Shown: piece by piece, positions 12,791 to 23,644 of the stretch
How positions within the stretch are numbered: the first letter of the stretch is position 1
How the letters are laid out: each line of letters opens with the position of its first letter
Assembly (NCBI RefSeq): GCF_001194135.2
Contig: NC_068981.1
Location: 53,832,025 to 53,896,024 of the forward strand
Length of the DNA stretch: 64,000 nt
Source: Octopus bimaculoides
Lineage: Eukaryota
Reading direction: 5' to 3'
Translations under genes and position numbers: made by a program
Notes under the pieces: model-generated
What the model was told of the DNA's origin: nothing
What the model saw: only the letters and a program-made list of their open reading frames with translations
Databases searched by the model: none

Positions 12791-12991
12791 ATAGTAATAA
12801 CAATAATCCTTGGATGGAATTTTTAAACATTTAATGCTTCGCTACACATGTTTCCACAAATCACATTTCTCTTAATCATCCCAGGAATACAGTCTATGAT
12901 CTTAAGAGACATATGATTTGTGGAAACACGTGTAGCGCGATGCATTAAATGTTTATAAATTCCATCCAAGGATTATTGTTATTATTACTAT
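12791..12991. repeat. Long near-perfect inverted repeat (~85-bp arms, <30-nt spacer)
   Basis: 12791-12875 is the reverse complement of ~12902-12991; each arm carries GAAAC-AC(G/A)T-GTA-GCG. Confidence 0.9.
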
Positions 12992-13679
12992 ATATATATA
13001 TATNNNNNNNNNNNNNNNNNNNNNNNNNNNNNNNNNNNNNNNNNNNNNNNNNNNNNNNNNNNNNNNNNNNNNNNNNNNNNNNNNNNNNNNNNNNNNNNNN
13101 NNNNNNNNNNNNNNNNNNNNNNNNNNNNNNNNNNNNNNNNNNNNNNNNNNNNNNNNNNNNNNATATATACTTTATTGTTAAAGTATATTACTCTACCTCC
13201 GGTATTCAAGTACTATCTTTTTCCCACTTTGTTTCACATTTATGTGCTTACTCTGCTGTATATATGTGTATGTGTGTCTTATATATAAATGGCAGGAAGG
13301 GGATAGGTGGATTTTCTGATGTCAATCACAAAGAAACACTCACACACATACATGCATATACACATGTATGTACATACATACATATGGCTGTTATACACTA
13401 TTTTAAACTTGTGATTACCTGTGTACACGTTTGTAAATGTGTGTGTGTGACGTCCTATAAATGTCTGCCTCTCTACTCTTGTAGGGTCTTTCCTGTTGCT
13501 GTCACATATTGTGAGATTTTAAAATTATGTCAAAATTTTTATATTTAGTATTTTGAAATAATTTTCCACATGAAGTCCAATTTGGTTATTTATTTGTTCA
13601 AGAAAAATTGCAGAAAAATCTTACTGAGGTTTAAAGTTTAATCAATTTTACCTAATCAGAAAATAGGATTTGGAAGCTA

Positions 13680-13742
13680 GCATTTTCTACATGATAGCTG
13701 GCATTTTCTACATGATAGCTGGCATTTTCTGCATGATAGTTG
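13680..13742 (+). repeat. 21-bp minisatellite x3
   Basis: GCATTTTCTACATGATAGCTG at 13680 and 13701, and a variant at 13722. Confidence 0.9.
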
Positions 13743-15369
13743 TCTATCACAAAATGAAAGCAAAATTATTATTAGGAGGAATTTTTATTAAACAAACCAA
13801 ACCAAAGCATTATGATGACCAAAGTTGTAAGAACTGAAATTTTAAAGAATAAAGTCATGTGAAATGATCAAACAGACATGTAAATAATTTAAAAAGGGAA
13901 AAAATCCTCAACGAAGTTTTTTTGCGAAAAAATTGCACAAATCTGTCCTGATCAAGAGGCCTTTCTGTTGGGGAAGGTATGGAATAAACAAAAATTTATA
14001 TAAGACATTCTATTGTAAAAATTGCCTGACAACGACAAACTATTCAGCTAGTATGTATATATATGTATATATGAAGTTGATAAAAAGTAGAAGTCACTGT
14101 GTAGCAGTTATTATTAGCACAAGAATGGATCTCCTCACCTCACTGAAAGAGAAGTGTCAATTCTTTCAATCAAACATTATACTTTCTTTAGATGCATAAA
14201 TAATGAGGTCAGTGTGATTAAATTTAAGTTAACGCATATGTAACAGGTGCAATCACCACACACACACACACATATACACTAGAATAGTTTTAACCAATGA
14301 TCTCATTTTAACCAATCCAATTTTATTTTGAATTCTCTGGAATTGTTCCTTCTCGCTTGATTCTTTATTTCTTCTTCCACACCATCTGTTCACAAATGCC
14401 TTTGCTTCATGAAACAAAATAGCTGAGTAGCTTTGCTACTTCTAAACACCTCATTCACCACCACCACCTTCAATAACACCACTACTTCTAACAATGCCAT
14501 CATCACCATGGCCATTAATGCATAATCAAAACATATTGGCTAGACAGTATGGCCACATTAGTCCTCTGAATTTGATAAAGCTTAATAACAATTGTTTGAA
14601 TGCCAGGAAAACATAGTAATTTAAAATTTCGTTTTGATTCTGAAACTGAGATAATGATCAGATCCTTAGTTATATGAAGTTTATGTATGAATGACGAGCT
14701 GGAATATAACAATGATTGGTGGGTGTTCACTCTGATGGTCAGTCGAATGGTGGTGGTGGTGGTGGTATGTGTGTGGGTGATTTATGTTTAATCCATAAGT
14801 TTTTCTTTGATAATTTTCTAGCTCTTGAATTAGTTAAGTACATATTTTTGTTGTTGCATTTGTTTGTCTTTTCAACGACAACAGCCAGTAATAAAAGAAA
14901 TCCAGTTATACCCTGCTAAGAGTATTGTTTTGAAAAGTTCAAGTAGCTTTTGTCTGTAAACAAGTTTTGGCAGATAGAGTGTTAAGTAAGCAAACACCTC
15001 TGTCTCTGGCTTGTTGATCCACTTGGCCATCAGTGTTGCTTGTTAATGAAACTATGCAGAAGTGTACTTAGAAGTCTCTAAAAATGTATACATAACAATG
15101 TTGGTGCGTGTTTATGTGTGTAGCAATTCAATTCATAATCACTTTATCACACTGAAATACTCTAGATTGATATGGTGTTCTTTATCAGCAGTTGCAAAAT
15201 GGTATTTGCTCTAATGTTACACATTCACCAAAATGTAATACTGTGTTTTTCTCCACATAACAAAGGGTTCTATTTTGTTATGTAAATAAAGATTGCAAAA
15301 TATTGCTCATAAATGGAGTGGTAGGGTAAATCCCTTAAATATTACAACTGTGATAGTTTTTCTAAGGAC

Positions 15370-15530
15370 ACAGGCATGGTTTTATAGTGAAAAAAACTTG
15401 CTTCCCAACAATATGATCTTGGGTTCAGTCCTATGCAGCACCTTGAGCAAGTGTCTCTACTATAGCCCCAGGTTGACTAAAGCCTTGTGAGTGGATTTGG
15501 TAGATGGAAGAAACAAACTGAAAGAAGCCT
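15370..15530 (+). mobile_element. tRNA-derived SINE family B (5' part)
   Basis: CAGGCATGG...CTTGCTTCCCAAC...GGGTTCAGTCC...GCACCTTGAGCAAGTGTCTCTACTATAGCCCC...AAAGCCTTGTGAGTGGATTTGGTAGATGGA. Confidence 0.8.
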
Positions 15531-15560
15531 CTCTCTCTTTCTTTCTCTCTCTCTCTCTCT

Positions 15561-15831
15561 CATGCTGGCATGGGTTGGACAGTTTGACCAGGGTTGGTAA
15601 GCTGAGGGACTGCACCAGACTCCAGCTTGATTTGACATAGTTTCTATGGCTGGATGCCCTTCCTAATGCCAACCACTCCAGAGTGTAATGAGTATTTTTA
15701 TGTGCCACCAGCACAAGTGCCAGTTGTATGACACTAGTATCTGCCATGACTACAATTTCACTTGGCTTGATGGATCTTCCTTCTCAAGCACAGCATATTG
15801 CCAAAGCTCTTGGTCATTTATCATTGCCTCC
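15561..15831 (-). mobile_element. RTE-clade LINE 3' UTR fragment
   Basis: CATGCTGGCATGGGTTGGACAG...GGCTGGATGCCCTTCCTAATGCCAACCACTCC. Confidence 0.8.
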
Positions 15832-16074
15832 ATGCTTTTTATGTACCACCAGCATAGGTGTTAGTTACACATAGGTGCTAAGCCACTCTTTTATCATTAC
15901 TTTGTTTCAATCATTGGACTGTGACCATTCTGGAGCACTACCTTAAAGGGTCTGGGCACTCATTTTTTTAAAATTTGAGACTTATTCTATTTGTCTCTTT
16001 TGCCAAACTGCTAATGTACACAAACCAATACTGGGTTGTGAGGGAAAACACATACACACATAGACATATGTGGT

Positions 16075-16210
16075 GGTTTTCATACAATTTCTGTCTTAAG
16101 ATTCATTTGCAAGGCTGTAGTAGAAGACACTTGCCCAAGGTGCCACACAGTAGGACTGAACCTAGAACCACATGGTTGTAAAGTGAGCTTCTTAACCACA
16201 CACCCATGCC
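16075..16210 (-). mobile_element. tRNA-derived SINE family B fragment
   Basis: GGCTGTAGTAGAAGACACTTGCCCAAGGTGCCACACAGTAGGACTGAACC = reverse complement of the family B head/core. Confidence 0.75.
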
Positions 16211-16759
16211 TATACCTTTTGTTGCCCTTTTGTAAATGTTTTTAGCAATTCTTACAGAATAGATAATATTGACCTCTCACACAAGCATAATATTTATTTC
16301 ATGAGAAGAAGGCTTCTAGTCACATAATTCAATCCCTCTAACTTGCCGGTATTATTTTGTCAACATCAAGAATAGTACACCCAGATGTATTTATCAGGTA
16401 ACTGAGAAGGATGAAATGAAATGCTATAACTTAGGGAGTCATTACACTATTGCATTGGGTTTCTCCATAAATTTGTAGATCCTTATTTTACAGAAGAACA
16501 TTTATTTACACAATCATAAAAGTGGGTATAATAAAAGGAACATTATATTGTATTTTCAAAAAATAAAGCAGACACAATATTGAAAACTATGTTTTAAGGT
16601 TCATTAGATTCATTATGAGTTTATTTTCCTTTGAGCTGTTGCTAAGTTGTACATCATTCTGAAATTTGTCTGAGATCTTCCTCTCATTTATAGAATCCAG
16701 ACATGGGTTCTTCAAATGTTGTTGATGCTCCTATGTGACATTTTAAACTCATTCTCTTG

Positions 16760-17330
16760 GAAGCTCACTTCAAGGATCTGTAATCAGGATTATACAAGAT
16801 TTTGATTAATTCTAAAACTTTTAATGATATTCAAGACTCAAGAGGATTGAGTGGTCATGTCCCTCAAATTCATGGAAAGCAAATTTCCAACTTTCACATA
16901 TGTTGTTAGTATGAGCTTCTTCATTATTAGTTGCCTGATGAAATTCCATAATTGGAGTGAAAACATGAGAGGAATCCTTTTCAAACATACTGGGAAAAGT
17001 ATTTCATCAAAAAAAAAAAAAAAAAAGTTGGTGACTGGATAGGCCACCAAATATCAGAAATTTAGGTGCTGTTGAAATAACCCACTAGACATTCCAGTTC
17101 TTCAATATCAGTTTATTTTCTATCAGATAATCCATTTCATTGGTTACTTCTACTGGTAGAAAAACCAGTACATCCAACAATGTTTCACTCCTGTTTAAAG
17201 AGAACAGCCTTAAATTTTGCACCTTTTTCTATGAATTTTGTACCTTTCTCAGGTGGTAAAAACAACCACCAGTTGACACGTGTGACCCCAGAACTGTAGA
17301 ATTGGTACAAATCATTGTACATTCATGACC
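16760..17330 (-). pseudogene. Decayed Mutator-like (MULE) transposase fragment
   Basis: - strand gives GCFYHL (17250-17267), then KKVQNL...LDVLVFLPVE..EMDYLIEN..LECLVGYFNST, then LWNF..ATNNEEAHTNNICESWK (TNNICESW at 16887-16910). These match the MULE motifs GCxFHxxQ and W...RTNNxxEGW. Multiple stops and frameshifts. Confidence 0.8.
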
Positions 17331-18113
17331 AGTTTTTACAGCAGTGGGAACTGGAATGAATCCTGGTTGTCTACAAACTCAGACCTGATCTTTTGTAAAG
17401 CTCACTTGGTTGCCATGTGAATTGAAAACATTTTGAGAAAGTGAAAGAGTACTATCCTTAGAAAACTGTACTATATTAATACACTTGTTTTTCAGTACAC
17501 ATGACATACATTATTTTGCTTGAAAACTGCTCTGATAAAAGCATTTGGAAAATTCTTGAGAAAACTGTAACCAACTGTTTTTCACCTCACTTAGAGGTTT
17601 TTGACCCAACCTAATCAAGCAGAATTATAACCAAAAGTCTCTCTTCTTTAGTCATCGTGCACTTTTGTTTTTAAAGAAATTGATGTGATTTAAGGTCATT
17701 TGGCTGCTATTTCTAGTTGGTCAAGGTTAACCCTAACTGAACTGCCTTTGATTTTAGGTTGTCAGTTCAATGATGACCAACCTGGGGCTAAACATCAACA
17801 CCTACTTAGCAGTCCACTCCATTTTGCTCTAGGCTGGACTTATGACACAGGTAACTAATTAAAGGTTGAATACCCTGTGGACATGCTATTCAAAGAATTA
17901 AAACTTGAATTGTATTTTAAATCTTGAAGATAGTAAGAAAATTATTTGGGCCAGAATTTGGCTGATGCTTTGGCATTGATTATCTAGAAACCGTCTTGTT
18001 GGTTTATCATTGATATGTTTTTGTAAAAGAAAATTATTTAGTGCCAGTAGTTGATTACAAGCATCTAATTCATTTTAGTTTCTGTAGATGATAAGGGTCA
18101 ATTACCAATGAAA

Positions 18114-19107
18114 TGTAGTGCTGTAATAGAACGACCATGCAAACCAAAGGAGAATGCTGACGAGACGGAAAAGGCTCCTTTTAACCATGTCGCACGGTCG
18201 AACACAAAACATGATATATAACATAGAAGGCTCGTCGTGAGAGATACGAGCCAAGTACCAGTAAAGGAACAAGTGAGTGACAGACAACCGTTAGATATAT
18301 ACAGAGAGTAAGTTTATTAACATAGTGAAACTAGTGTCTGTGTGCGTGCATGCGGCATATAAAAATAACACAATACATAAGTCAGGCCTTCGTGTAAGCA
18401 AGAATGTGTGTACAATATGTGTGTGAGAGAGAGAAGAACACAGAACATAGAAAGAGTGTCTGTAACATAGACTGTAAAAGTCTTAAACACTGAGATAGAG
18501 AAAACCAGTTTGTATAAGAGTTACACAAGGAGATAGAATGTTCATACGCAGGAAGTTGTCGCCAAGAGAGCAGAGCTGTGGTATCACATGTAGTGTGTGT
18601 TGAGCGTCGATGCTGTGACTAGTTACCTGGTACAGAATATTCTCGCAGGTTAGTTCTGACTGTTAAACATCGTGGATGGAAATAATCCACTCAAACAGTG
18701 TCGAGATGAAACCGCGTTTGTTGATGTTGGTGTGTACTCTGGTGGTGGGGTTGCTGGTGAAGAAGTCGTCGCTGGAAACTGCCTGGAGCTGTGTTCTGTA
18801 TGTGTGGTCAGCGACCAGACCTGTGAGAGTTCTGAAGACGACTGGCGGCTTCAAACAGACTTATTTATAGATGAAATAGGGCTCACCGGAAACACAGAAA
18901 AACTCTCTCACGTGACCTTATTATAAGGCCATGATTGGACGGAATGCACCCTGGCGCGAAGCAGAACTGGGGACAATTGCCGCGCAACTAAGAACCAATC
19001 AGGAGACTATGGTCAGTAACCAACCGGTAAGAATATACTNNNNNNNNNNCAATCAGGAGACTATGGTCAGTAACCAACCGGTAAGAATATACTCTGAAAA
19101 CGTTACA
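18114..19107 (-). mobile_element. Probable solo LTR (~990 bp)
   Basis: TG...CA termini (TGTAG at 18114, GTTACA ending 19107). On the - strand the order is CCAAT (18934-38), TATAAAT (18863-69), AATAAA (18313-18). CpG-rich relative to flanks, non-coding. No target-site duplication seen. Confidence 0.5.
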
Positions 19108-19766
19108 TCTTAGCTGGAAGAGCTGGTATTTTCATTCAGAAATGTCACCAGTAAATGTAGCTCTTTATGCAACATTACATATCTCCAAGAAAGTGTGTTA
19201 TATTAAATAGACTTTGATCACATTTCTTTTATAATTCCGTTTGTTTTCCTTCCATGAATATAGTTTCTTCCTAATGTTGTTTGTCATGTGTCGTTCTCTT
19301 TACCAACCCTAACTTTTCTTGTATTGGTTGTTGTCTTATTTTCTTTCTGTGTTTATTTTCAAGGATTTGTGGTTAATATATACTAAGGTTTCCTTCTATT
19401 TCATTTATCTTCTTTCTTTCTTTTTTCTTTTTTGTCTTCCCTTTCCTCTCTGTAAAAAGAAAAAAAATGCTGGCTTATTAATTTAGCCTAAAGTGGGTAC
19501 TCCCTTCTTGAATTTCAAAGCGAATTCTCCGCTTCCATTCTTCCCTTGATGAGGCAAAACAACAAGAAATTAAAAACTGGGGTAATCGAGTGTAGCCTGG
19601 AAATTACATTATTTCGCCTACTCCTCCTTCCATTCTGATTTTCTCCGCCACATATTCCTCTCACTCGTGTCTTCCTGCCTTTTCACCATCTTACAATGTT
19701 TCTTTCTCTTAGCTATTCATTTCTATCTCCTCAAACTCAAAGATTTAAAACTTTGACAATTTATTC

Positions 19767-19835
<69 letters not shown>

Positions 19836-20446
19836 ACAAATACATATATATATCAATATTGTACGCACACATATAATGTATACATACAAATGCTTACATC
19901 TATCTATATATATATTTATTTATATATTTATATATTCAATCTCCTTTATCTTTCTTAATCTTCATATTTTTTTTTCTTTTCCTCTTGGTTTTCATGTTAT
20001 TTTACACACTGGGGACAAATACACACTCTCTCACAATAAAACAAACATAAACACACACACACAACTTCCTTTCCCTCACTGCATCCAGCATGATATTCAA
20101 AAACATTGAAATGCTGTAACAGCATTGTGGTATCTATGATTTATCTCCATTACCAGGGTCTCTTTATAAGAGTTCTTCTATATCCCTTATCTTTTCCCTT
20201 TTTCTTCTTCTGTAACAGTTTCCACATTCCTGCCACTCACATGCCTTTCTCCTTTAGCATAGCCATTAGGTATTATATACTGTTGATAGGTGGCTGTGGT
20301 GAAGAAAGTCGATAACGATTATTTTAGTTGACAACTAGTATTTGAACTCTCTCTCTCTTACGTGCGCACATGCAATAGAAAAGAAAGAGGAGAAAATTAT
20401 GATTTATAGAAACAAACCCCTATGACCATACAATTTCTCACTGCAG

Positions 20447-20545
20447 TGCAAAGCTTTCTTGTGAAAGCAACAAGCGCAAAGAACAAGCTGTAAATGCCAA
20501 ATGCATTTTTGATTCTTCCTCTTTTGACCATAGAACTGACCCAAA
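20447..20545 (+). CDS. Candidate internal coding exon (99 nt, phase 2-2), gene unknown
   Basis: Acceptor CAATTTCTCACTGCAG, donor AAA|GTAAGA; only one frame open (AKLSCESNKRKEQAVNAKCIFDSSSFDHRTDP). No homology recognised. Confidence 0.25.
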
Positions 20546-21017
20546 GTAAGACTTTTTTGTCTTAAGAAAAATGACTGTTATGATAACCTTAAATGTTGGT
20601 TATCATGCATATATTGAAACAGTGTGCTCCTGTTATGATTTAAACTTTTTGATGAGAAAAACAGATGATTCTGAATGTCATAGGTGGTTCTGCTACCTGG
20701 CAGTACAGTCTACTTCAATTTACTATTTAGCCATGTGCCGACTACATTTCTTTTTTTGGGGATTTCCTAGCTTTTTTGTTGAATGTGTATGTTCAGGAAA
20801 TTACAGATTAAAGGTAGTCTTTGTAATTAACATGTTATTTTGATTACTGATGATCTATTTTAGAAGATAAATCTGAATAACAGAACTTAATCTGGTACCA
20901 TTTAGCTGCAAAGAAAGATAATTTTTTATTCAATGATTTTCTTTTTTTTTTTTTTTTGAAAGCTGAAAACTGGGAAAAGACATCAATCAGAATTTGAGAA
21001 TGTTTAATTTTAAAAAT

Positions 21018-21202
21018 CTATGTGCTGGTGCCACACAAAAAAAGCACCCAGTACATGCTGTAAAGTGATTGAATTTTTGGAAGGACACCTAACCATAGAA
21101 GCCATGCCAATGTAGACATTGAAGCATGATGCAGCCTTCAGACTCACTAGATCCTGGCACACCATCCAACCCATGAGTATGAATGCTAAATGATAATGAT
21201 GA
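21018..21202 (+). mobile_element. Decayed RTE 3' tail
   Basis: GTGCTGGTGCCAC...AAAAGCACCCAGTAC...CCATCCAACCCATG...AAATGATAATGATG. Confidence 0.65.
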
Positions 21203-21290
21203 AAAAGAAAAAAGAAACGGCATGGGATGCTAAAAATAGCATAAGGATATAAAACAAAGAAACTGAAGATGATCTAGCAGTGCTTTTGAA

Positions 21291-21393
21291 CCTACTCACC
21301 TGAAGACATGCAGGTACACAGCTATTGTTGCATCATATTAATGAGTACTAGTTTTACTACGCATGCGCACTCGAGGGGCTTCCGGTGGTGAGT
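21291..21393. promoter_or_regulatory. Candidate (bidirectional) promoter: NRF1-type and ETS-type sites between two outward-facing splice donors
   Basis: CGCATGCGCA at 21360-21369 and CTTCCGGT at 21379-21386. Minus-strand donor CAG|GTGAGT at 21300/21299, preceded by ATG TCT TCA G; plus-strand donor GTG|GTGAGT at 21388. Lies in a CpG-retaining zone. Confidence 0.4.
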
Positions 21394-22627
21394 GATTTGG
21401 TATAAAGCCTGTTCATTCCATCTTTTCATATTGAAATTCTTATATATATATATATCAGTCATTTGAATACATAATACAAAATGAAAAGAGATGTTCCCTG
21501 AAACTACTTCAGTCAGTCATGAACATCCTGTTTGTCTTAAGATGAGGTACCAAATATCTAATATCTCATCATGTTTTTTTGTTTTTTTAAGGCAGTGGAT
21601 ATGATTTGAAGGAGGTTTGGTCGCTATTCCTTACAGGTCAAGTTAACTTTGTAGTCGGCCATTTTTGTACCTAAATCAAAAAATAGCAATACATAAGCAC
21701 ACTTACATATTACTTTGAGAAATAGGACACATTAGAAAATGTACGTCGTGATAAAGAGAAAGAGGGGAGGGTCACGATTGGAAGGCTTCTCTACTCAATC
21801 ACAGCTGATTTGAAGTTTAATAATAACTACAAGTTTTTGCAGCCAACGAGAAATGTTCTGCATTGATTCTCAACCCTTCCTCTCTCTCATTTAATCCCCT
21901 TGGTTTCATATATTTCTCCATTCACCGTTTTTCTCTTATGCAAAATTAAACACTAATGTCTATAAAAAATGTCAGTTCAAGAACACTACCTTTAAGATTG
22001 CGTGTTAGCGCTACTTGCGTGCGTGTGTGTTCAAAGCAGTTGGCATGCAACAAACGACTGATATAATATATTGATTTCAATGCAAGCATGAAAAGTATAT
22101 GTCTCATTGCAGTTATCAGCATAGATATTACATATAAAGCTATCAAATTTCAAAGAGAGGGAAACTCCACCTGGCTTGTTTTGTTAAAAATATTTTCTCT
22201 TTGAAATATACTTTTCTGATATTTATCTTTCCTTGATTTTACATACTTATATACATATGCATAATGTATATATATATGTGTGTGTGTGTGTGTATAAAAG
22301 TATTTCTCGAAGTTTTTAAATATTTATGAACGTATCCATAAACTGCAAATGAAGCGTTTCTTATTGTAGTGTATAGCGTCCTGCCAGGTTTTGGTATCTA
22401 CAGTTGTGGTACTGGTTGTGGTAGGATGGTGGTGAATAGTTTAACAGATGAATAGATGAAGAATGTTATAAATGGAAAATAAAAAAAAAAAATAAAAAAA
22501 TTGATGTAGGTCGGGATCAGAAAGAAAAAAACACACTCGTTAAATTCGAACCAATGTACAAACTTTTCCAGTATATGTATGAATGTAAGAAGTAGATAAA
22601 GAACAAACATGATGTGTGTGTGTGTGT

Positions 22628-22664
<37 letters not shown>

Positions 22665-23600
22665 TGCGTTTGCATGGAAAAACGGCATGAACTCTAGAAA
22701 AGGGCGAGGTAATCTTAGAAGTTAGTGACATCAAAGAGATTATCTAAAACTTGCTGGCTGTAAGGAAGGAAGTATCAGGGAAGGGAGTGGTAGTTCCTTC
22801 GATAGCCATGAAAATGTTAGTCGGCAACATCAAAGGACAGTTTGTATAAAGAGCAGCTATAATTTTAGGATAAACCAGAAGAAACCGGTCAACGAGGCAT
22901 TTTATTTGCGATGTTGTGCCAATCAGTACTGTCTGAAAAACACCAGCAGTCATCAGTTAGAATGCCTTTACAGTGACACATTGCTGATATAAGTTACATA
23001 CATGCGCGCGCACGCAGATGATAATAGTGAAAAATAAAGTAAAATAGAAACGTAGAAGATATACCTACATATTACACATATTATTCAATACTGCTACATT
23101 CAGGAAGCCGGAACTAACATGCGCATGCACACACACAAGCACGCACGCACACTCACACAAACACACGCACACACACACACACACAGTGATGTGGTATCAA
23201 CAGGAAACTCAGGATATCAGCATCGTTAAGTAACATCTTCAAATAACTGAATAAATCCTACCCCATGTACCCATATATTGAGTACTACTTTTCTCTCTGT
23301 TGTGCAATCAGACAAGTGCACATACACGTACACACTGGGTAGAATCTGATTATTCACTCCATCTCTGAATTTCTCACTGTGCTCTATCAAATAACAAAAG
23401 ATGCTGTCTGAAAGAACACTTTAAACCAATAAATAAACTTTACTACGTATATTGGTACTCTTTCTCCCTTTTATATTTCTAGTCGCTCATTCGTTCGTGC
23501 TCCTGGTGTGTGTGCGTGTATAAAATGCATGATATATATAATGTATGTATGTATGTGTGTGTGTGTATTCTTTTACAAGAAAAATCATACATACATACAC

Positions 23601-23644
23601 ACAGTCTGATGAAGGCTAGCAGGCCGAAACTTCGTAGTCACAGT
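23601..23644 (+). ncRNA. Minimal type I hammerhead ribozyme motif
   Basis: CTGATGA (23606-12), extra A, stem II GGC/GCC, GAAA (23626-29), stem III ACT/AGT, GTC triplet (23637-39), stem I ACAGT/ACAGT pairing 4 of 5. AATAAA follows at ~23664. Confidence 0.65.

Noticed and set aside
16931-16965. CTGATGA-stem-GAAA on the + strand
   Set aside because: No stem III, NUH or stem I; lies antisense within the MULE relic.
18158-18210. CTGACGA-GAC...GTC-GAAC in the LTR-like element
   Set aside because: GAAC instead of GAAA, with no cleavage triplet or stem I.
18997-19092. 43-bp direct repeat in the LTR
   Set aside because: Copies flank a 10-N gap; typical unmerged contig overlap.
22720-22990. ~88-codon stop-free + frame and a 69-aa - strand ORF
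   Set aside because: No start/splice context on +, no recognisable motif, and open frames on both strands suggest a compositional effect.
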